Shown here in pieces: positions 57,773 through 64,000 of a stretch of DNA of 64,000 nucleotides (within the stretch, counting starts at the first letter, position 1; each line of letters opens with the position of its first letter). Source of the stretch: a virus (taxonomy: Duplodnaviria; Caudoviricetes); the IMG/VR virus record IMGVR_UViG_2602042090_000006, positions 9,728 to 73,727 of that record, one strand, 5' to 3'. Position numbers and translations under genes: made by a program. The notes beneath the pieces were generated by a model. It was not told the origin of the DNA. It saw only the letters and a program-made list of their open reading frames with translations, and made no database searches.

Positions 57773-58888
57773 TCAGCGGCGGTTCTTCAGGCGCATCGCA
57801 GCTGTGGCGGGATCGATGTCCTCGCCACGTTCCTTCGCAGCCTTGATTTCGGTCTGGATCGCGATGGCGACCTGATTGCTGTCCGAGAAGTCCGGACCAT
57901 TGCCGTTTGCCAGTTCCGTCGTTTCGACGGGCACGGGCAGCTTTTCGAGCAGCTCGCGAAAGGCGCCGCGCGGCGACGTCGTCTTCTGAGCGCCTGCTTC
58001 CGAGAAGGTCAGCACCTCGTCGGACATTTCCGAAAACAGCGCGATGGCGGTGTCCTTCAGGCCGATCGGGAGACGGCCGGCTGCGATGATGCCTTCGACA
58101 AAGGCGCTATCGGCCTGAGCCTGGGCCCTGGTGTTGGCCTCGGAGAAGGTCGTTTCGCGGGCCTTGATCGCGGCTTCACGAGCATCGAGTTCGGCAAGCC
58201 GCTCGGCCTCCGTCTTCTGGACGTTGGTCATGGAAAGATCCTTGATGGTTTCAGAGAAGGTCGGCCGCACCTCTTCCTCACGCGCTTCAGCACGCATGGA
58301 GGCAGCGTTGTCCGTGATCTGGTCGATCTCGTATTGCGGGATGATCCGATCGGCCGTCGCGATGTCGGCCGTCTCGATGAAGTAGTCGCGCATGCCCCGG
58401 AAGAGCCGGCCGATGCTGTCCATCGTCCAAGCGGTGCGCCAAGGCGTCTCGGCAAACTCCAGAATAAGGTCCGTCGCTTCAGCGAATTCGATCCCGGCCA
58501 AACCTTTGACGGCCGGTGGCTCGGCGCCGAGGAAGCCGACATGACGAAGATGGTAGGAGCCGGGCGTCGGGTTTCCGGGTGCGGCTGGATCGTAGAGCGC
58601 GGCCGAGACCTTCAGGAACTTGCCGTCGCGCACCATCTCAGAAAAGGACGGGTCGAGGCGATCAGGCTCGGCGACGAGGCGCCCGTCTTTCACCGACAGC
58701 GCCTTCACCCAGCCGAATGCCGGCGCGTTCGTCTTCGGATGACCGACAACGATCGGCGCCTGATGGTTGGCCGGATCGTAAGAGGAGGCGATCGCCGCAA
58801 CATCGGCGTCGGAGAAGGTGATCGCCTTCCCCTGCGTCGAAACATGGCTGCCGGTTTTGAAGATTTCGAACGGTTTCATGCCCGGCAT
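57773..58888 (-). CDS. Prohead protease/scaffold (copy B)
   Basis: Homologue of 12776..13891. Confidence 0.88.
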   Translation of the reverse strand: MPGMKPFEIFKTGSHVSTQGKAITFSDADVAAIASSYDPANHQAPIVVGHPKTNAPAFGWVKALSVKDGRLVAEPDRLDPSFSEMVRDGKFLKVSAALYDPAAPGNPTPGSYHLRHVGFLGAEPPAVKGLAGIEFAEATDLILEFAETPWRTAWTMDSIGRLFRGMRDYFIETADIATADRIIPQYEIDQITDNAASMRAEAREEEVRPTFSETIKDLSMTNVQKTEAERLAELDAREAAIKARETTFSEANTRAQAQADSAFVEGIIAAGRLPIGLKDTAIALFSEMSDEVLTFSEAGAQKTTSPRGAFRELLEKLPVPVETTELANGNGPDFSDSNQVAIAIQTEIKAAKERGEDIDPATAAMRLKNRR

Positions 58889-59105
58889 CTAAGCCAAGGC
58901 GTGCCCCGTCGTCGGGACCGCGAAATCGCACACCGAGGAACAAAGGCTGGAAATCCGGACGGGAGGGCAGCGGCGCATGCCGGACACGATCTTCAGATCG
59001 TTTTCAAAGCCGTTTCAAAGCCCTCTGGCGCGTTTGACCGACCTGTGCGCCATCACCGGGCCTTCAAGCGCACCATTGGCCTCCTGAAGCCCTTTTGCAA
59101 GCAGG

Positions 59106-59606
59106 CTATTTCTGCTCAATCGCCTCAACGAAGTGATCCTTGACGATGTCGAGGATAGCCGTAATCGACGCGTCATTGAACCCGAGGAATTGCCGCTTGG
59201 GGATTTTCACGCTCTGAACCTTGAACGTCTGTCCGCCCATGGAGAACACGAGCGCCTCGGCCGTCTTCGGTCGGATCGTTCCGCCCTCATTGTGGATCCG
59301 CGCATAGACTTCGTTCGATCCGATTTCGACGCCGTCGCCGGCGAGCTGCCAGACGATTTGGGAAAGGCTCCGGGTCTCTCCGCGCAGGATGCCTGGGCCC
59401 TTCTTCGTCTTGGCATAGAGCGGATTGAGCGCGACCCACGGCGCGCCGTCTGGATCCTTCTGATCGACGAAGCGGCGCCGGGTGACCTTGGCTTCGAACT
59501 CGCCGATGTTCTTCAGCGCTGGCTTGATGTTGCCGGCCGCTGCCAGAAGGCGCGCCAGCGCATCGTTGATGGAGGCATCGTCGATCGTGATTGTCGCAGC
59601 GGCCAT
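59106..59606 (-). CDS. Mu gpG-like protein (copy B)
   Basis: Homologue of 14109..14609. Confidence 0.9.
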   Translation of the reverse strand: MAAATITIDDASINDALARLLAAAGNIKPALKNIGEFEAKVTRRRFVDQKDPDGAPWVALNPLYAKTKKGPGILRGETRSLSQIVWQLAGDGVEIGSNEVYARIHNEGGTIRPKTAEALVFSMGGQTFKVQSVKIPKRQFLGFNDASITAILDIVKDHFVEAIEQK

Positions 59607-59653
59607 TGCGTCGTCCCGTTGTTCTGCTCGACAGCCAGTGCTATATTCTGGCT

Positions 59654-59729
59654 GTCGGTTGATCGAGGCGCCGGAGCCCTCCGTAGATCTTCTGACGCAA
59701 AGCGCGCCCCGGCAGGCGCGCTTTTTCTA
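59654..59729 (+). ncRNA. Candidate small RNA convergent with gpF-PBECR2 (copy B)
   Basis: Same -10 element, stem and terminator as copy A. Confidence 0.45.
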
Positions 59730-60971
59730 TTCCGGTCGGCGGTAGAGCAACGCTCCACGACGATAATTCCGAAGGTAATCGTCCTTCGTGTCGAAGCCGG
59801 TCACGGCCACCCAGCCCCTGTTGGTCCATTCGAAGCGCACGAACAGGGCACGGCCATCGGGCAGGATGATCCGCTTGAGGTAGGCACGGCGCAAGACCAC
59901 GCCGCTTTTCATGGCCGCCCAGTCCACCCAGATTTCGTCTGGCGCGATGATGGTATCGGCCAGCAGCTTGGCGTACTGGCCCCGGCCGCGTTTGTCGCTC
60001 TTCAGGCCGACGACGGTCCCGTCCGGCATGCGCTGCTCGAAGAGCGACCGGCTAATGGTGATGAGCCCGCCGGACTTATCGCGGAACGGGCCTTCGCCCT
60101 TCTTCAGGTCGAACCGCTTCAGGAAGCCTTCGACATAGGCTTTCGGCTCCAGGCCCTCCGGCATGAGGTCGCGGCTCTTGGCGACGGCCGGCGCGGGAAG
60201 ATCCGGCAGGTTGGCCGGCGCCGGCGCATCTGGCTGATACGCTGGCAGCGGCTCGCGCAGCTCGGTCGGCACGACACCGTCAAGCCATTCCTTGCCGACG
60301 TTGTATTCCCAGCCGCGACCGATGCCGCCGATCCGCTCTTCCTTCTCGCCGGTGCGAGGATCGATACCGTCATATCGGACCAGCTCGGGCGCCTCATCTG
60401 GCGCATCCTTGCCGAGCGCCTGCATCTCGCGCCGGGACAAAGCCTCGACATCGCAACCGCATCCCCAGCCATTCGGCGGGTAGATGCGGTCCCAGATCGG
60501 ATCGTTTGCTGCCCAGACCTTGCCGTCCCAGGCGAGGTGCTGAAGGCGCGGATGCAGCGCGCCGGAATGGACGTACTGCCAGTAGGGCCGATACTTCAGG
60601 ACATCAGGATCTGTGAGCTGCTTGTATCGCCCGGCCATGTAGCTGGTGCGCATGTTCGTCGTGTAGATGATCCGCGCGCGCCATGCGCGCCGCTCGCCAT
60701 CCGTCGATCCACGCGCATTAAAGAGCCAGCCCGTGCGATCGACGATGGCGTCAAAGTCCTTTTGAAACTCTTTGAAGCCCGTTCCCTGGACACGCGCTTT
60801 CTCGATCGCCGCCCGGAAATCTCCCAGCATGTCATCCCGCGTGACGCCGGCGACAGAAAAGCCGCGGACATGGGCTCCATGCTTCAGATCGTCATAGCGC
60901 CTGGTGGGCAGGTTGACCTTGCCGGCGACGAAGTCGATTGCCTCCTGAAACGGGATCTGCTCACCGGCCAT
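59727..60971 (-). CDS. gpF-PBECR2 fusion (copy B)
   Basis: Homologue of 14730..15974. Confidence 0.85.
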   Translation of the reverse strand: MAGEQIPFQEAIDFVAGKVNLPTRRYDDLKHGAHVRGFSVAGVTRDDMLGDFRAAIEKARVQGTGFKEFQKDFDAIVDRTGWLFNARGSTDGERRAWRARIIYTTNMRTSYMAGRYKQLTDPDVLKYRPYWQYVHSGALHPRLQHLAWDGKVWAANDPIWDRIYPPNGWGCGCDVEALSRREMQALGKDAPDEAPELVRYDGIDPRTGEKEERIGGIGRGWEYNVGKEWLDGVVPTELREPLPAYQPDAPAPANLPDLPAPAVAKSRDLMPEGLEPKAYVEGFLKRFDLKKGEGPFRDKSGGLITISRSLFEQRMPDGTVVGLKSDKRGRGQYAKLLADTIIAPDEIWVDWAAMKSGVVLRRAYLKRIILPDGRALFVRFEWTNRGWVAVTGFDTKDDYLRNYRRGALLYRRPE

Positions 60972-62438
60972 CGACGGATGCCACGCCTTCGAGCTGGGCG
61001 AGCAGCGCGGCCTGCTCGAGGAGCTGAGCCAGATCGTCTACGCCCATCTCCGACGACAGCCGTGCCAGCCGTAGCGTCAGATCGTCATAATCGCGCGCCT
61101 CGGCGAACTCGGTGCGGATCTGTCCGATCATGCTGTCGAACACGCCGGCGCCGGCGGTCTCCAGCTGGTCGGTCAGGTTGGCCACGACACGCTCGCTGTT
61201 GGAACGTGCCGGCGGGTCTGCGAAATCCAGATTATCGAGCGCGCCCTTGGCCGCAACGCCGGGCTTGCCCGGTTTGGTCTCCGGCGCCGGCTTCTCAATC
61301 CATTCGCCGCCATAGGTGTCGTCGATGTACTGCGGGTCCTTCGGACGATAGCCCATCTTGTAGATCGTCTCGTCGCGCTTGATCTTCTCGTTGAGATCCT
61401 CGGCCTCGGCGAAATCGCGCCAGACGTCGGGGATGCCGGCGCCGGGAAAGTTCAGCTCGACGATCCACCGGGCGATGGTGTCCTTGATGGTGGCGGAGAT
61501 CAGATCGGCATCCGCCTTGGCGATCGCAACGCGCACCTCGTTGTGGACTTCGCCGAGCGATCGCGCGCCGCGCTCGCCGGAGTTCGTGGTCAACGTCTCA
61601 CCGAGCACCGCCTCGCTCATAAGTTCGTCGAGGTATCGGTTCAGCTTCTCAAACACGTCGCCGCCGCCGGCCTTCGCCTCCAGCAGCTCTACGATGACGT
61701 TTTCCGGTACCGCAATGCCGGTGTCGTTCGCCAGCTGCCGGATCGCGGCCAGCATCTCGTCCTGGCGTTGCTTGTCGTAGCCACCGGGATACGTGATCTT
61801 CGTCGTCGGCGTGCCGTGTTTCTCGACGGCGCGCAGCCACTGTGCCAGTGCGTTGCGCTTCATCCATGCGGGCCAGTAGAGGACTTGCCCTATGCCGACG
61901 CCATATGGATCGTCTTCATCGTCGTCGATCGAATGCCTGTGAACCACGAACTTCCGATCGGGAACCGGCACACCCTCGATCATGGCAGCGCGCGTCAGGA
62001 GCCGGAGTTTGCCGTCCATGTCGAACCGGAACCGGCGCTGCTTCTTGACCTTAACGGCCTGTAGCGTCCAGACGCCGGCGACATTGGCCCAGAGAACCTC
62101 GGCAACGGAGAAGCCCTTCAGGACGGCGCCCAGCATGCCGCGTGTCAGCTTGTCGAAGTCGATCGCCTTCAGCTGGCGCTTGACTTCCTCGGCCGCGCGC
62201 TTGTCGAGATCGCTTTCCGATGCCTCGAAGACACTCCATTCGCGGCTGACCACTTCCAGCTTTCGCTTTTGCAGGATGGCGAAGGCATGCGGATCGCGCC
62301 GGATCTCGTCATAGAGCTGATGGCTCTTGCCAAGGCCACGCGTGCGCAGGATCTCGTCTGTCGGCTGCATGACGCCGGCGAACTCCGGGACGAACGGGTC
62401 CGTCCGGATCGTTGCGATCTCCATGGTGGTTCAGCCAT
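60961..62438 (-). CDS. Portal protein (copy B); 1-nt deletion near the start, probably a sequence error
   Basis: Protein identical to copy A from MEIATIR onward. Confidence 0.88.
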
Positions 62439-62439
62439 C

Positions 62440-64000
62440 TCAGTACCCCGTAAATGCGGAAAGATCGGATCGGGCGGCTACGGCGCCGTAAGCTCCGGTC
62501 GCGTCCGTGAACTGGCCGGCTGTCGGACGGTCATCCCCTGTCACGCCGGCGCCAACTTCGCCGCCTTCCTGCTCACTGGCATAAACTGCCAACGCTCCGG
62601 CGACGGCACTGTCGCCATGGCGCGCGAAACCGTCCCCCTTGCGTGCGAGCATCGTCCGGCACCTTGGCAATGCCCTTGGTCATCTTCAGCAGACGGTAAT
62701 CGCCGAGCACGTCGTCATCGAGCGGCAGCTCAAACGTGCCGTCTTCGAAGCCGGCTTTCAGCTTCGGCATGTTGAGCATGTACCATTGCTGCGAGAGCTT
62801 GATCTCCGAGACGAACGACGCGCCGAACGCCTGCCGTGCCGCCTCGGCATGCGCCGCACCGTTGCCGGTAGCGTCAAAAGCCGCGTGGAAGAAGCGCGGC
62901 AAATGCTTTCGCAGGAAGAGGATGATCTGGCGGGCTCTCGAACGGCACGTTGCGCAGCTCGAGGAGGAACGGCGTGCGCAGGCTGGTGTCGAGACGCACC
63001 TGAAACGGATGGATCACGGACAAGTCGCCCGATCGGCCGAAGTCCTGGCGAAGCCGGACCGCATCGTCGGATCGAGACGCTTCAGATGCGGCAGGAGCTG
63101 CTCGGTGCAGAAGTCCGCGATCTCCGCATCTCGAAGCTCTTTCGGCCATCGACAAAGCCTTCCGGCGACGCCCAGCGAATAACCGGAATGTCTTCCTTCA
63201 TCCGCGACATGATCAGTGATCGGGTAAGGAACGCGCCGACGACATCGATGGGATGCAGAACAGCTCCTCGTCAGCGCCGGCGCCATAGAACTTGATGATG
63301 TCCTGGCGCCAGTCGGCCTCCGCCTCGGCCGACCACGGCTTGCCGGTCACATAGGCGATCCGCTCGTAGAGCCCCTGCTGCAGCGCCGTGTCGAAATCGA
63401 TGCGCAGATGCTTGTAGCTCTGCCGGCCGGCAGGGATCTCTTGGATCTGTTCGTTGAAGTGGTTGTCAAAGCCATCATGCGTGGAGCAGACGATGACCTG
63501 TCCGCCCACATTAGGAACGCGAGCGCCGCCTTTAGCAGTTCTTCGAGGCTGTCAACGAAGGCCGCTTCGTCGATCATGACGACGCCCTGCTTACCGCGCA
63601 GGGTGCGCGGCGCCGATGACAGGCCGACGATTTCGAAGCCCGACGAGAACTTGATCCGGAATGCCTGAATGGCGCGCTCGCCATCCTTGTCCGAGTCGTC
63701 CCAGATGAATTCCTGCATCTCCAGCGCGGCTTGGCTGAAGGCGCGGGCCCACATGGCGCAGGCGTCGATGAACTCCGCGTCATCTCCTGGCTATAGGAGA
63801 TGTACATGAAGTCCATGCCGCCGGCTTCGCGGCACGCGCTGCGCGCAGGACGGCATAGGCTGCGCACGCCATGTCAGGCCGATACGGCGCGACTTCTCGA
63901 CGAAGAGAACGCGGCAGGCCGTTGTCTCGAGGAGGGCAGCGTCTGCTGCTGGTACGGCAACAGCGCCTTGCGGGCGCCGATCCGGTTGATGACGGCATCG
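62440..64000 (-). pseudogene. terL: Terminase large subunit (copy B), broken by about ten 1-2 nt deletions; likely consensus errors
   Basis: Collinear with 17444-19015; the differences I saw are deletions only. Confidence 0.7.

Larger units (their letters stand above)
34896..64000 (-). mobile_element. Mu-like transposable prophage copy B (methylase/tail end at 34896; continues beyond the window)
   Basis: Begins TGTAG at 34896. From about 45000 onward its genes are collinear homologues of copy A at about +45.0 kb. Confidence 0.92.

Noticed and set aside
62440-64000. Genuine inactivation of the copy B terminase
   Set aside because: Deletion-only differences clustered at the window end, often in short runs, look like long-read consensus error. 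This cannot be accepted as biology without reads.
1-64000. Simple assembly duplication of one circular genome
   Set aside because: The copies differ by many synonymous substitutions and a whole TMP domain, so they are distinct alleles. A strain-mixture chimera cannot be fully excluded.

Overview
The whole window is phage DNA. It contains two related but non-identical copies of a Mu-like transposable siphophage, about 45.0 kb per unit (homologous genes are offset by 44,995-45,004 bp). The high GC content and a GAAC-N7-GAAC LexA box point to an alphaproteobacterial, probably rhizobial, host. Copy A (1-34891) runs from the tail-tip gene through tail, head, packaging, lysis, semi-essential, MuB and MuA genes to ner, the repressor and a small SOS-box operon. 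Copy B (34896-64000) starts with a Dam-type methylase and a 2925-aa repetitive tail-tip protein, then repeats the tail and head genes up to a frameshifted terminase at the window edge. The two genomes are joined end-to-end as ...CA|CCGG|TG..., with imperfect terminal inverted repeats and only 4 bp between them. Main points of interest: (1) this left-end/right-end junction; (2) a precise swap of the muralytic domain in the tape measure protein; (3) a gpF-PBECR2 nuclease fusion with no protein immunity gene, faced by a candidate small RNA; (4) further antisense RNA candidates at MuB and dam; (5) a giant modular receptor-binding protein; (6) ParB-like and DnaA-domain-IV-like early genes. All product calls come from motif recognition and synteny; no database search was run.
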